A stretch of 64,000 nucleotides of DNA, taken from Bosea sp. (in: a-proteobacteria). GTDB taxonomy: Bacteria > Pseudomonadota > Alphaproteobacteria > Rhizobiales > Beijerinckiaceae. The stretch is from the NCBI RefSeq assembly GCF_023953965.1, contig NZ_JAMLIX010000002.1, positions 255,637-319,636 of the forward strand, read 5' to 3'. Under the pieces are notes generated by a model, which was not told the DNA's origin, made no database searches, and was given only the letters and a program-made list of their open reading frames with translations. Below are positions 9,528-18,452 of the stretch, piece after piece; within the stretch, counting starts at the first letter, position 1; the number at the start of each line of letters is the position of its first letter. The position numbers were made by a program, and so were the translations under genes.

Positions 9528-10782
9528 GCTCGAACCCGCGCTGGCCGAGGTGCTGCTGGAATGCTGGCCGCTCTGGTCGCGCGACGACCAGAAGCCGCCG
9601 GCTCCGCCAAAGCCGGTCTGGCTCGTCCTCGGCGGGCGCGGCGCCGGCAAGACCCGCACCGGCGCCGAATGGGTGAAGGGCATGGCGCTCGGCGTGGCGC
9701 CCTTCGCCGAAGCGCCGACCGAACGGATCGCGCTGGTCGGCGAGACGCAAAGTCAGGTCCGCGACGTGATGATCGAGGGCGTCTCCGGGCTGCTCTCGAT
9801 CCATACCCGCTGGGAGCGGCCGGACTGGCTGCCCTCGCTCAGGCAATTGCGCTGGCCGAACGGCGCGATCGCGCAGGTCTTCACGGCCGAGGACCCGGAA
9901 GGCTTGCGCGGCCCGCAATTCGGCGCCGCCTGGTCCGACGAGCTGGCGAAATGGCCGAACCTTCAGGAGTGCTGGGACATGCTGCAATTCGGGCTTCGCC
10001 TCGGCGACCATCCCCGCCAGGTCGTGACCACCACGCCGCGCCCCGTGCCGCTGGTGAAGCGCCTGCTGGTCGAGCCGCATGTCGCGGTGAGCCGGGCGCG
10101 GACGCAAGACAATCGCTACAACCTTGCCGCCGAATTCCTGCGCACCGTCACGCAGACCTATGGCGGGACGCGGCTCGGCCGCCAGGAGCTCGACGGCGAG
10201 ATCGTCGAGGAGAGTCCCGACGCGCTCTGGACGCGGGCGATGATCGAGGCCACCCGCGAGCAGCGGCATCCGCCGCTGGCGCGGATCGTCGTCGCGGTCG
10301 ATCCGCCGGCGACCTCCTCGCAGCGGGCCGACCGCTGCGGATTGATCGTCGCCGGCATCGACGGCGACGGCCTCGGCCACATGCTGGAGGATGCGACCCT
10401 TGCCGGCGCGCGGCCGCAGGAATGGGCGCAAAAGGCCGTCGCGCTCTATCGCCGCCACGAGGCGGATGCGCTCGTCGTCGAGGTCAACCAGGGCGGCGAG
10501 ATGGTCGAGAGCATCATCCGCGAGGTCGATGCCGGCGTGCCGGTGGTCTCCGTGCGGGCGACGCGCGGCAAGTATCTCAGGGCCGAGCCGGTGGCGGCAC
10601 TCTATGCGCAAGGCCGGGTCCGCCATGCCGGCACCTTCCCGGAATTGGAGGACGAGATGTGCGCCTTCGGCCCGAAAGGGCTCGAAACCGGCCGTTCGCC
10701 GGACCGGCTCGACGCGCTCGTCTGGGCGCTGACGCATCTGATGCTCGCGCCCAAGCCCCGGCCGCGGGTCAGGGGCATCTAG
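9436..10782 (+). CDS. GTA large terminase (DNA-packaging ATPase/nuclease)
   Basis: GGRGAGKT Walker A, AWSDELAKW Walker B, VAVDPP and SPDRLDALVWA nuclease motifs. Start uncertain (9406, 9436 or 9505). Confidence 0.93.
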   Translation: MSPSSAASLPDVLRLLPAAKWARVIPRILPELEPALAEVLLECWPLWSRDDQKPPAPPKPVWLVLGGRGAGKTRTGAEWVKGMALGVAPFAEAPTERIALVGETQSQVRDVMIEGVSGLLSIHTRWERPDWLPSLRQLRWPNGAIAQVFTAEDPEGLRGPQFGAAWSDELAKWPNLQECWDMLQFGLRLGDHPRQVVTTTPRPVPLVKRLLVEPHVAVSRARTQDNRYNLAAEFLRTVTQTYGGTRLGRQELDGEIVEESPDALWTRAMIEATREQRHPPLARIVVAVDPPATSSQRADRCGLIVAGIDGDGLGHMLEDATLAGARPQEWAQKAVALYRRHEADALVVEVNQGGEMVESIIREVDAGVPVVSVRATRGKYLRAEPVAALYAQGRVRHAGTFPELEDEMCAFGPKGLETGRSPDRLDALVWALTHLMLAPKPRPRVRGI

Positions 10783-10818
10783 CCTTCGCTTACTTCACGC
10801 TCCAACAGCGAGACATCC

Positions 10819-12000
10819 ATGTTCGATTTCCTTCGCAGCCTGCGCGGCCTTGCCGCGCCGGACCGGAAGCGCTCGCGTGTCGGGCCGCTGATCGCGCTCC
10901 ACGGGGCCGGGCGCGCCGTCTGGACGCCGCGCGACTATGTCGCGCTCGCCCGCGAGGGCTATGAGCGCAACCCGGTCGTGCATCGCTGCGTCCGCCTGAT
11001 CGCGGAGGCGGCCGCGCAGACGGCGCTCGTCGCCAAGGTCGGTGCCCGCGAGATGCCTGAGCATCCGGTGCTCGCCCTGATCGAGCGGCCCAATCCGCGC
11101 CAGGGCGGCATCGCCTTCCGCGAGATGCTGGTCGGCCACCTGCTCGTCGCCGGCAACGCCTATGTCGAGGCGGTGAGCGCAGGCCACGAGCCGCGCGAGC
11201 TCTATGCGCTGAGGCCCGACCGGATGCGGGTCGTGCCCGGCCGCGATGGCTGGCCGGAGGCTTACGACTACACTGTCGGCGGCGACACGGTGCGCTTCCG
11301 GCAGAACGAGGACGGCCTGCCGCCGATCCTGCACCTGACGCTGTTCCACCCCGTCGACGACCATTACGGCCTTTCGCCCATCGAGGCGGCGGCGGTCTCG
11401 CTCGACATCCACAACGCCGCCGGCGGCTGGCACAAGGCCCTGCTCGACAACGCGGCGCGGCCGTCGGGTGCCCTGGTCTATGACGGGCCGGAAGGCGCGA
11501 CGCTGACCGAGACGCAGTTCGAGCGGCTGAAGCAGGAGCTGGAGGATTCGTTCCAGGGCGCGCGCAATGCCGGCCGCCCGCTGCTGCTCGAAGGCGGGCT
11601 CGACTGGAAACCGCTCTCGCTGACGCCGGCGGAGCTGGATTTCGTCGCCGCCAAGGGCGTCGCGGCCCGCGAGATCGCGCTCGCCTTCGGCGTGCCGCCA
11701 CTCCTGCTCGGCCTGCCCGGCGACAACACCCACGCCAATTTCGCCGAGGCGAACCGCGCGCTCTGGCGCCAGACGGTGATCCCGCTGGTGCGCCGCACGG
11801 CGCAGTCGCTGGCGCAATGGCTCGGCCCGGCCTTCGGCGACGAGCTCACGCTGGAGCCCGATCTCGACGCCATCGAGGCGCTGGCCGACGAGCGCGAATC
11901 GCTCTGGCGGCGGCTGGGCAGCGCGTCCTTCCTCGACGAGGACGAGAAGCGCGAGGCGGTCGGCTACGGCCGGCGTGCCCCCGGGAAGGAGACCTCATGA
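10819..12000 (+). CDS. GTA portal protein (HK97 family)
   Basis: GYERNPVVHRCVRLIAEA, ALLDNAARPSGAL, NAGRPLLLEGGLDW and AFGVPPLLLG. Confidence 0.95.
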   Translation: MFDFLRSLRGLAAPDRKRSRVGPLIALHGAGRAVWTPRDYVALAREGYERNPVVHRCVRLIAEAAAQTALVAKVGAREMPEHPVLALIERPNPRQGGIAFREMLVGHLLVAGNAYVEAVSAGHEPRELYALRPDRMRVVPGRDGWPEAYDYTVGGDTVRFRQNEDGLPPILHLTLFHPVDDHYGLSPIEAAAVSLDIHNAAGGWHKALLDNAARPSGALVYDGPEGATLTETQFERLKQELEDSFQGARNAGRPLLLEGGLDWKPLSLTPAELDFVAAKGVAAREIALAFGVPPLLLGLPGDNTHANFAEANRALWRQTVIPLVRRTAQSLAQWLGPAFGDELTLEPDLDAIEALADERESLWRRLGSASFLDEDEKREAVGYGRRAPGKETS

Positions 12001-12197
12001 ACCTCATCGAACAGATCGTCGCCGCCTTCGTCGGGCGCGCCGATGTCGGCCATCTCGGCCTCTTGCTCTGGGCGGCGAGCGCCTCGGGGCTGGCCTGGCT
12101 CGTCCTGCGCGAGCTGACCGCCGCCAATCGCCGCTTCGACGACTTCGTCCGCGAGCTCAACCGCTTCAACGCACGTCACGAAGGGGATCCGTCATGA
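11997..12197 (+). CDS. Small hypothetical membrane protein (66 aa) in the GTA cluster
   Basis: ATGA-coupled to the portal stop, with RBS GGAGA. One hydrophobic segment (HLGLLLWAASASGLAWLVL) and a charged C-terminus. Confidence 0.65.
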   Translation: MNLIEQIVAAFVGRADVGHLGLLLWAASASGLAWLVLRELTAANRRFDDFVRELNRFNARHEGDPS

Positions 12198-12385
12198 AAG
12201 GCCGAAACGGCGCCGCCGAGCCGGCGTCCAAATCTCCCGCCAGATCTTCGTCCAAGGTTCCCGCCAAGGTTCCCGCGAAGGCTCCCGCCAGGCCGCCCGT
12301 CGAGACCTTCGGCCGTTTCGTCCGCCAGCTCGCCAGGCTCGAATCCGAGCGGGTGAAGGGCGGCGAGGGGGAGGCGTCGCGATGA
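12194..12385 (+). CDS. Small basic, low-complexity hypothetical protein (63 aa) in the GTA cluster
   Basis: ATGA-coupled on both sides. Carries (S/A)K(V/A)P repeats and VETFGRFVRQLARLE. Confidence 0.5.
   Translation: MKGRNGAAEPASKSPARSSSKVPAKVPAKAPARPPVETFGRFVRQLARLESERVKGGEGEASR
12251..12298 (+). repeat. Four imperfect 12-bp tandem repeats
   Basis: tccaaggttccc gccaaggttccc gcgaaggctccc gccaggccgccc, encoding SKVP-AKVP-AKAP-ARPP. Confidence 0.7.
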
Positions 12386-12891
12386 GGCGGCTCGACCCCG
12401 CCGGCGCCGCCTTCGAATCCAAGCTCCTGCCGCTCCATCCGGAGCGTATCGGGCGCGACGGCGTCTTCGAAGGCTATGCCAGCCTCTTCCGCGTGCCCGA
12501 TCTCGGCCGGGACGTCGTCGAGCCCGGCGCCTTCCGCGACAGCCTGCTCAGGCGCGGGCCGGGCGGCGTGAAGATGCTCTGGCAGCACGACCCGGCCGAG
12601 CCGATCGGCCGCTGGTCGAGCCTCGTCGAGGACGGGCGCGGCCTTTACGTGCGCGGCCGGCTGTCGCTCTCCGTCGCCCGTGCGCGCGAGATCCACGCGC
12701 TGATGCTCGACGGCGCCATCGACGGGCTTTCCATCGGCTTTCGCCGGGAGAAGGCCCGCACAGAGCCTCGCACCGGCCTGCGCCGGCTCGAGCGCATCGA
12801 CCTCTGGGAGGTGTCGGTCGTCACCTTCCCGATGCTGCCCCAGGCCCGGATCGCCGCCGTGAAGGCTGAGCGGCCCCGCGCTTTCACCTGA
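12382..12891 (+). CDS. HK97-family prohead protease
   Basis: FEGYASLF, MLWQHDP, GLSIGF and LWEVSVVTFP motifs. Confidence 0.95.
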   Translation: MRRLDPAGAAFESKLLPLHPERIGRDGVFEGYASLFRVPDLGRDVVEPGAFRDSLLRRGPGGVKMLWQHDPAEPIGRWSSLVEDGRGLYVRGRLSLSVARAREIHALMLDGAIDGLSIGFRREKARTEPRTGLRRLERIDLWEVSVVTFPMLPQARIAAVKAERPRAFT

Positions 12892-12914
12892 TTCGATCAC
12901 CCCGAGGAGAGACC

Positions 12915-14159
12915 ATGAGCCATCTCAATACCGCGCCCGAGACCAAGGCAGCCGGCGCCGATCTCGCGCTGGCCTTCGAGGACCTGCGCTACACCCTCGA
13001 AAACTACCGCGTCACCAATGAGGAGCGCCTCGCTGACATCGAGGCGCGCCAGGGCGCCGACCCGCTGACCGAGGAGAAGCTTACCCGCATCGATGCCGCG
13101 CTCGACGACACCATGCGCCGGATCGACCGGCTGGCGCTGGAGCGCGCCCGCCCGCCGCTCGGCCGGGACGGGCCGCGCGACCCGCTGGCGGCGGAGCACA
13201 AGGCGGCCTTCGCGGCTTATGTCCGCAGCGGCGAGGCCGGCGGGCTGAAGCGGCTGGAGGCCAAGGCGCTTTCCGCCGGCTCCGGGCCGGATGGCGGCTA
13301 TCTCGCGCCGGCGACCGTCGAGGGCGAGATCCTGCGCCGCCTGGCGGGCGTCTCGCCGATCCGCTCGCTCGCGACGGTGCGCACCATCTCGTCCGGCACC
13401 TACAAGAAGGCCTTCTCGACCACCGGCCCCGCCTCCGGCTGGGTCGCCGAGACGGGGGCGCGGACGCAAGGTGCCGCGCCGACGCTGGCCGAGCTCTCCT
13501 TCCCGGCGATGGAGCTCTACGCCATGCCGGCGGCGACGCAGACGCTGCTCGACGACGCCATCGTCGACATCGACCAGTGGATCGCCGAGGAGGTCGAGAG
13601 CGCCTTCGCCGAGCAGGAGGGCAAGGCCTTCGTCAGCGGCGACGGCACCGACAAGCCCAAGGGCTTCCTCGCCTATCCGACGGTCGCCGACGGGAGCTGG
13701 AGCTGGGGCAATATCGGCGTGCTCAACACCGGCGTCGCCGGCGCCTTCCCGGCCTCCGACCCCTCCGACGTGCTCGTCGACCTGGTCTATGCGCTGAAGG
13801 CCGGCTACCGCCAGAACGCCTGCTTCGTCATGAACCGCAAGACGCAAAGCTCCGTCCGCAAGTTCAAGGACGCCAGCGGCCATTATCTCTGGCAGCCCCC
13901 GGCCTCGGCCGGCGCACCGGCGACACTGCTCGGCTTCCCGCTCGTCGAGGCGGAGGAGATGCCCAACATCGCCAACAACGCGATCTCGATCGCCTTCGGC
14001 GATTTCCGGCGCGGCTACCTCGTCGTCGACCGGGCGGGCGTGCGCATCCTGCGCGATCCCTATTCCGCCAAGCCCTATGTGCTGTTCTACACGACCAAGC
14101 GCGTCGGCGGCGGCGTCCAGGATTTCGCCGCGATCAAGGGGCTGAAATTCGCGGTCTGA
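12915..14159 (+). CDS. GTA major capsid protein (HK97 fold)
   Basis: DGGYLAP, ELYAMPAATQTLLDD, FVSGDGTDKPKGFL and KPYVLFYTTKRVGG. Confidence 0.96.
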   Translation: MSHLNTAPETKAAGADLALAFEDLRYTLENYRVTNEERLADIEARQGADPLTEEKLTRIDAALDDTMRRIDRLALERARPPLGRDGPRDPLAAEHKAAFAAYVRSGEAGGLKRLEAKALSAGSGPDGGYLAPATVEGEILRRLAGVSPIRSLATVRTISSGTYKKAFSTTGPASGWVAETGARTQGAAPTLAELSFPAMELYAMPAATQTLLDDAIVDIDQWIAEEVESAFAEQEGKAFVSGDGTDKPKGFLAYPTVADGSWSWGNIGVLNTGVAGAFPASDPSDVLVDLVYALKAGYRQNACFVMNRKTQSSVRKFKDASGHYLWQPPASAGAPATLLGFPLVEAEEMPNIANNAISIAFGDFRRGYLVVDRAGVRILRDPYSAKPYVLFYTTKRVGGGVQDFAAIKGLKFAV

Positions 14160-14160
14160 A

Positions 14161-14213
14161 CCGGAGTATCGGACCGAAAAATGGAATCCACTTTTCGGAT
14201 CAATCCGATACGG
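14161..14213. repeat. Palindromic intergenic repeat, family R2
   Basis: GTATCGGACCGAAAAATGGAATCCACTTTTCGGATCAATCCGATAC has nested inverted repeats and aligns by eye with the reverse complement of 54619-54673. Confidence 0.7.
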
Positions 14214-14259
14214 GGAAAAGCTGGATCGCCGCTTCGCGTCCGTCAGGGCGCATGGCGAT

Positions 14260-15096
14260 CTAGCGCGTGAACCACCAGGAAAAGGCGGCGGGTGGCTCCG
14301 CCGCCTGCGCCGCCGGCACCCCGTCGCGAAACGCGCGCAGCCGGGCGCTGGCCTCGGTGATCCAGCCGCGATGGTCGCCGATCGGCGTGATCGCGGTGAA
14401 GCCGCCGCAGATCCGGCGGGCCTGCGTCTTCAGCGGGCCGCTCGACCAGCTGACGATGCCGACGAGGTCGCGCGAGCGGGCCGGGCCCCTGAGCACCGGC
14501 CCGCCGGAATCGCCGCGGCAGGCGCCGGCGCCGGGCGTCTCGCCGCGGCCTTCGACGTCGACGGCGACCTTGACCGTGTTCTGCGTGGTGTAGTTGCCGG
14601 CATTGACGAGCTCGGTCTCGCGCAGGCGCCGGGCTGTGCCCTTGTTGTTCTCCAGCGACAGCCCGAAGCCCGCCATGGTGACGGTTTCGCCCTGCCAGAG
14701 GCCGCCGCCCAGCGTCAGCGGCTCGATGTCGCGCGGCAGCGGCTTCGCCAGGAGCAACAGGGCGAGGTCGGTGCCGGGCTGGGTGCGCGGCGTCGTGCCC
14801 GGCACGAAGCTCGGATGGGGCAGCACGGCGACGACCGCCTGGCGGCGCGCCCGGAAGCGGGTATCGAGGCTGACGACGCTGATCGTGCCGCCGCCCATCA
14901 GGCAATGCGCCGCGGTCAGGACGATCTCGGGAGCGATCACCGCCCCCGAGCAGAGTTCGCCCCGGCTCGTCTCGACCCTGACGGTCGAGGCGCGGGCACC
15001 GGATGCATCGCGCGAATCGACGCCGCCGACCACGGCGAGCGCCGGCTGGGCGGCGATCAGGAAACACGCAAGGGCGAATGACGAGCGAAGGATCAT
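14260..15096 (-). CDS. Secreted S1 (chymotrypsin/trypsin-like) serine protease 1
   Basis: Signal peptide ending ALA-VVGG; LTAAHC (His), DLALL (Asp), GACRGDSGGP (Ser). Confidence 0.9.
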   Translation of the reverse strand: MILRSSFALACFLIAAQPALAVVGGVDSRDASGARASTVRVETSRGELCSGAVIAPEIVLTAAHCLMGGGTISVVSLDTRFRARRQAVVAVLPHPSFVPGTTPRTQPGTDLALLLLAKPLPRDIEPLTLGGGLWQGETVTMAGFGLSLENNKGTARRLRETELVNAGNYTTQNTVKVAVDVEGRGETPGAGACRGDSGGPVLRGPARSRDLVGIVSWSSGPLKTQARRICGGFTAITPIGDHRGWITEASARLRAFRDGVPAAQAAEPPAAFSWWFTR

Positions 15097-15159
15097 GAAG
15101 CGAACCAATGGACCAGCCGATCAATCTATGTCGTGTCGCGCCACAGTCCAGCCCCTCCG

Positions 15160-15930
15160 TCAGCGGCCGCTGATCCAGCCGGCGCTTTCGCCCCATCGCG
15201 CCAGGGTCTTGTCGATCCAGCCGCGCTGCGGCGCGACCAGCACGCCCTGGCTCAAAAGCCCGCACTGGCGCCCGGACGGCCCGGTCGACCAGCTCGTGAC
15301 CGCGACGATGCCGGCCTCGCCGAAGATCGGCCCGCCGGAATCGCCCTGGCAGGCGCCGGCGCCCGGCTTCTTGCCGTCGCCCGCGCCGTCGGCGGCCCAG
15401 AGCAGGATGCGGCCCGGCCCATAGGGCTCGACGGTCGTCAACGCCGCCGAGCGATAGGTCCCGGTGCTGCGGGCCTCGCCTTCGCGGGCGACGCCGTAGC
15501 CGGCGAGCGTGATGCGGCTGCCGGCGCGTGGCAGCGGCCCGTCGACGAGGTCGGCGGCGCTGAACCGGCCGGGCAGGGGCTCCGCCAGCCGGATCAGCGC
15601 GAGATCGACCGAGCGGCGCCGGCTGCGGATCGCACCGGCGTCGAACTCGGGATGCAGCGCGACCGCCGCCGGCGTGACGAGGACAGGCTCTCCCGCCTCC
15701 CGCCAGTGGACCCTGAGCTCCGCGCCTCCCGCCGCGCAATGGGCGGCGGTCAGGATCGCCCGCGCCGAGACGACGATGCCGGTGCAGACCCCGCCGCGGG
15801 CGTTGAGCACCATCAGCGTCGCTTCGGCGTCGGGTCCGCCCTCCTGCCCCGCCACCACGGCCTCGGCCGGATGGCTGCCCAGCAGGGCGCAGGCGAGGCC
15901 GATGGCGGCGATCCTTTTGGCGATGGGCAT
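15160..15930 (-). CDS. Secreted S1 serine protease 2
   Basis: Start ATG 15930 (MPIAKRIAAIGLACALL); AEA-VVAG; LTAAHC, DLALIRL, GACQGDSGGP. Confidence 0.9.
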   Translation of the reverse strand: MPIAKRIAAIGLACALLGSHPAEAVVAGQEGGPDAEATLMVLNARGGVCTGIVVSARAILTAAHCAAGGAELRVHWREAGEPVLVTPAAVALHPEFDAGAIRSRRRSVDLALIRLAEPLPGRFSAADLVDGPLPRAGSRITLAGYGVAREGEARSTGTYRSAALTTVEPYGPGRILLWAADGAGDGKKPGAGACQGDSGGPIFGEAGIVAVTSWSTGPSGRQCGLLSQGVLVAPQRGWIDKTLARWGESAGWISGR

Positions 15931-16042
15931 CGGGCGTCTCCTCCGAGAGGGCGCTGATAGCGCGCTCCGCCCCGCAGATGAACCCTCCCGGCTGCGATTT
16001 CGCGGCCGGACCCGTGCAATCGACCTTTCGAACGGAGCGATC

Positions 16043-16612
16043 ATGACGCCGCTTGCCCTGGCACCGCCGGCGATGGAGCCGGTGACGCTCGCCGAGACCC
16101 GCCAGTTCCTGCGCCTCGACCAGACCGACGAGGACGCCCTGCTGACGACCCTGATCACCGCCTCCCGGCTGATGATCGAGGCGCAGGCCGGCCGCTGCCT
16201 GATCGAGCAGCCCTGGCGCATCGTGCTCGACCGCTGGCCGGCGGCCGGCGAGATCCGCCTGCCGCTCTCACCGCTGATGCGGATCGAGGAGGCGCGCGTC
16301 TACGACGTGCTCGGCGAGGCGCAAGCCGTCGCACCTGCTTCGCTCACCCTGGAGATGGCAGCCGACCCGCCGCTGATCCGCGTGACGGGGGAGCTGCCCG
16401 AGATCGGCCGCAGCCATGGCGCGATCGAGATCGACATCGTAGCCGGCTATGGCGCGACGGCTGCCGCCGTGCCGGCGCCGCTCAGGCAGGCGGTGTTGCG
16501 GCTTGCCGCCCGTTGGTTCGAGCAGCGCGGCGATGTCGCCGGGCGCGACGGGCAGGCCCTGCCGGCCGCAATTGCGGCGCTCATCGCGCCTTTCCGCCGC
16601 GGGAGGCTCTGA
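16043..16612 (+). CDS. GTA head-tail adaptor/connector (g6-like)
   Basis: EPVTLAETRQFLRLD, GYGATAAAVPAPLRQAVLRLAARWFEQRG. Start ATG 16043 with RBS GGAG. Confidence 0.88.
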   Translation: MTPLALAPPAMEPVTLAETRQFLRLDQTDEDALLTTLITASRLMIEAQAGRCLIEQPWRIVLDRWPAAGEIRLPLSPLMRIEEARVYDVLGEAQAVAPASLTLEMAADPPLIRVTGELPEIGRSHGAIEIDIVAGYGATAAAVPAPLRQAVLRLAARWFEQRGDVAGRDGQALPAAIAALIAPFRRGRL

Positions 16613-16613
16613 G

Positions 16614-16949
16614 ATGGCGGAGGAACCCGCCGCGATCGGCCGCCTGCGCCGCCGGCTCGTGCTGGAGGCGCCCGTCGCATCGCCCGACGGGCTCGGGGGC
16701 GCGACGCACGGTTTCGAGGCCGTGGCCGCGCTCTGGGCCGAGGTCGAATGGCTCTCGGGCTCCGAATCCTGGCGTCGGGGACGGCCGGAACAGGCGCGCG
16801 ACTATCGCGTCACCATCCGCTGGCGCGGCGATGTCGATGCCGGCCGGCGCCTGCGCGACGGCGATCGCCTGTTCGACATCCGCTCCGCCGCCGATCCGGA
16901 CGGGTCGCGCCGGCGGCTCGTCTGCCTGGTCGAGGAGGTGGTGCCGTGA
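16614..16949 (+). CDS. GTA head-closure/stopper protein (g7-like)
   Basis: IGRLRRRLVLEAP, DGLGG, RVTIRWR and FDIRSAADPD. Confidence 0.85.
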   Translation: MAEEPAAIGRLRRRLVLEAPVASPDGLGGATHGFEAVAALWAEVEWLSGSESWRRGRPEQARDYRVTIRWRGDVDAGRRLRDGDRLFDIRSAADPDGSRRRLVCLVEEVVP

Positions 16950-17356
16950 GCGATCCCATCCTTGCGCTTCGCGCCGCCGTGCAGGCGCTCCTCGTCGCGG
17001 ATGCAAGCCTCACGGCGCTGATCGGCCCGACCCGCGTCTTCGACGAGGCGCCACGTGCGGCGCGCGGGCTCTATGTCGTCCATGGCGAGGTCGAGGCGCG
17101 CGACTGGTCGACCGGCAGCGACGAGGGCTGCGAGCAGGAATTCGTGCTCGTCGTCTGGGCGGCCGAGAGCGGCTCGTCGCGCCAGGCGCTGGAGGCGGCC
17201 GGGCGGATCGTCGCGGCGCTGCATGAAGCCGATCTCGCCTTGGACGGGCACAGGCTGATCAATCTGCGCTGGCTCACGAGCCGGCTTTCCCGCGAGGCGC
17301 GCAAGGGGCTGCCCTCCGTGGCGATCCGCTTCCGCGCCGTGACCGAAACGCTCTAG
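16946..17356 (+). CDS. GTA tail terminator protein (DUF3168, g8-like)
   Basis: GTG start coupled to the previous stop; LTALIG..RVFDEAPR and RFRAVTE. Confidence 0.85.
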   Translation: MSDPILALRAAVQALLVADASLTALIGPTRVFDEAPRAARGLYVVHGEVEARDWSTGSDEGCEQEFVLVVWAAESGSSRQALEAAGRIVAALHEADLALDGHRLINLRWLTSRLSREARKGLPSVAIRFRAVTETL

Positions 17357-17366
17357 GCGCATCCGC

Positions 17367-17408
17367 CGTCATTCCGGGGCTTCGCGAAGCGAAGAACCCG
17401 GAATGACG
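17367..17408. repeat. REP-like 42-bp palindrome, family R1
   Basis: CGTCATTCCGGGGCTTCGCGAAGCGAAGAACCCGGAATGACG; a reverse-complement copy with one mismatch lies at 38105-38145. Confidence 0.85.
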
Positions 17409-17462
17409 GAGGGAGCGAGCCTGCGGTCGTTCGCACCACCTAACCGACAAAGGAGAAGCCGC

Positions 17463-17873
17463 ATGGCGGCACAGAAGGGCAAGGACCTGCTGCTCAAGGC
17501 GGCTGATGGCGCCGGCGGTTTCGTCACGGTCGCGGGCCTGAGGGCGCGCCAGATCGCCTTCAACGCCGAGACCGTCGACGTGACGCATTCGGAATCGGCC
17601 GGGCGCTGGCGCGAATTGCTGGCGGGCGCCGGCGTGCGCCGCGCCAGCATCAGCGGCGCCGGCATCTTCAAGGACGAGGCCTCCGACGCGCTCGTCCGCC
17701 AGAGTTTCTTCGACGGGACGATCCTGGAATGGCAGGTCGTCGTGCCGGATTTCGGCACGATCTCCGGCGCCTTCCAGATCACGGGGCTGGAATATCGCGG
17801 CGACCATGCCGGCGAGGTCACCTTCGATATGTCGCTCGAATCCGCCGGGCTTCTCGCCTTCGCGGCGCCGTGA
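17463..17873 (+). CDS. GTA major tail tube protein (TP901-1 family, g9-like)
   Basis: MAAQKGKDLLLK, FNAETVDVT, WRELLAGAG and PDFGTISGAFQIT. Confidence 0.93.
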   Translation: MAAQKGKDLLLKAADGAGGFVTVAGLRARQIAFNAETVDVTHSESAGRWRELLAGAGVRRASISGAGIFKDEASDALVRQSFFDGTILEWQVVVPDFGTISGAFQITGLEYRGDHAGEVTFDMSLESAGLLAFAAP

Positions 17874-17883
17874 GGAGGTGAGC

Positions 17884-18225
17884 ATGGTCAATCGTCATCG
17901 CGGCGAGACCGCGCTCATGGTCGCCGGCGAAAGCCTGCCGATGCGGCTGACGCTCGGCGCGCTGGCCGAGCTGGAGCACGCTTTCGCGGTCGACAGCCTT
18001 CCCGCGCTGGGTGAGCGCTTCGTCGAGGGCAGGCTCTCCGCCCGCGACATCATCCGCATCATCGCCGCCGGTTTGCGCGGTGCCGGCCGGGCGATCCGCG
18101 ACGAGGAGGTCGCGGAGCTCGCCTTCGACGGCGGGCTTAGCGGCGCGATTCAAGCCGCGATCGCCCTGCTCGAAGCGACCTTCGGCGAGGGAAACGCGGC
18201 CCGCCCTCCGCAGCCGCCGGCGTGA
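17884..18225 (+). CDS. GTA-gp10 tail assembly chaperone
   Basis: MVNRHRGE and LTLGALAELE signature. Confidence 0.9.
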   Translation: MVNRHRGETALMVAGESLPMRLTLGALAELEHAFAVDSLPALGERFVEGRLSARDIIRIIAAGLRGAGRAIRDEEVAELAFDGGLSGAIQAAIALLEATFGEGNAARPPQPPA

Positions 18226-18452
18226 GCGCGCCGGCGGGTTTTCCCTGGGGCGAGGTGATGGCCTTCGGGCTCGGCCGGCTGGCCTGGCCGCCCGAGCACT
18301 TCTGGGCGGCGACGCCGCGCGAGATCGCGGCGGCGTTGCGCGCCCACCAGGCCCCGCAGCGCGGCCCCGCCCCGGAACGCGGGGCGCTCGCCGCGCTGAT
18401 GGACGCCTATCCCGACGCAACTGAACCGAGAGGATGCCATGACGGACGATGA
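18222..18452 (+). CDS. GTA tail assembly chaperone (g10.1/rcc01693-like)
   Basis: GLGRLAWPPEHFWAATPRE and ALMDAYPD. Confidence 0.85.
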   Translation: MSAPAGFPWGEVMAFGLGRLAWPPEHFWAATPREIAAALRAHQAPQRGPAPERGALAALMDAYPDATEPRGCHDGR

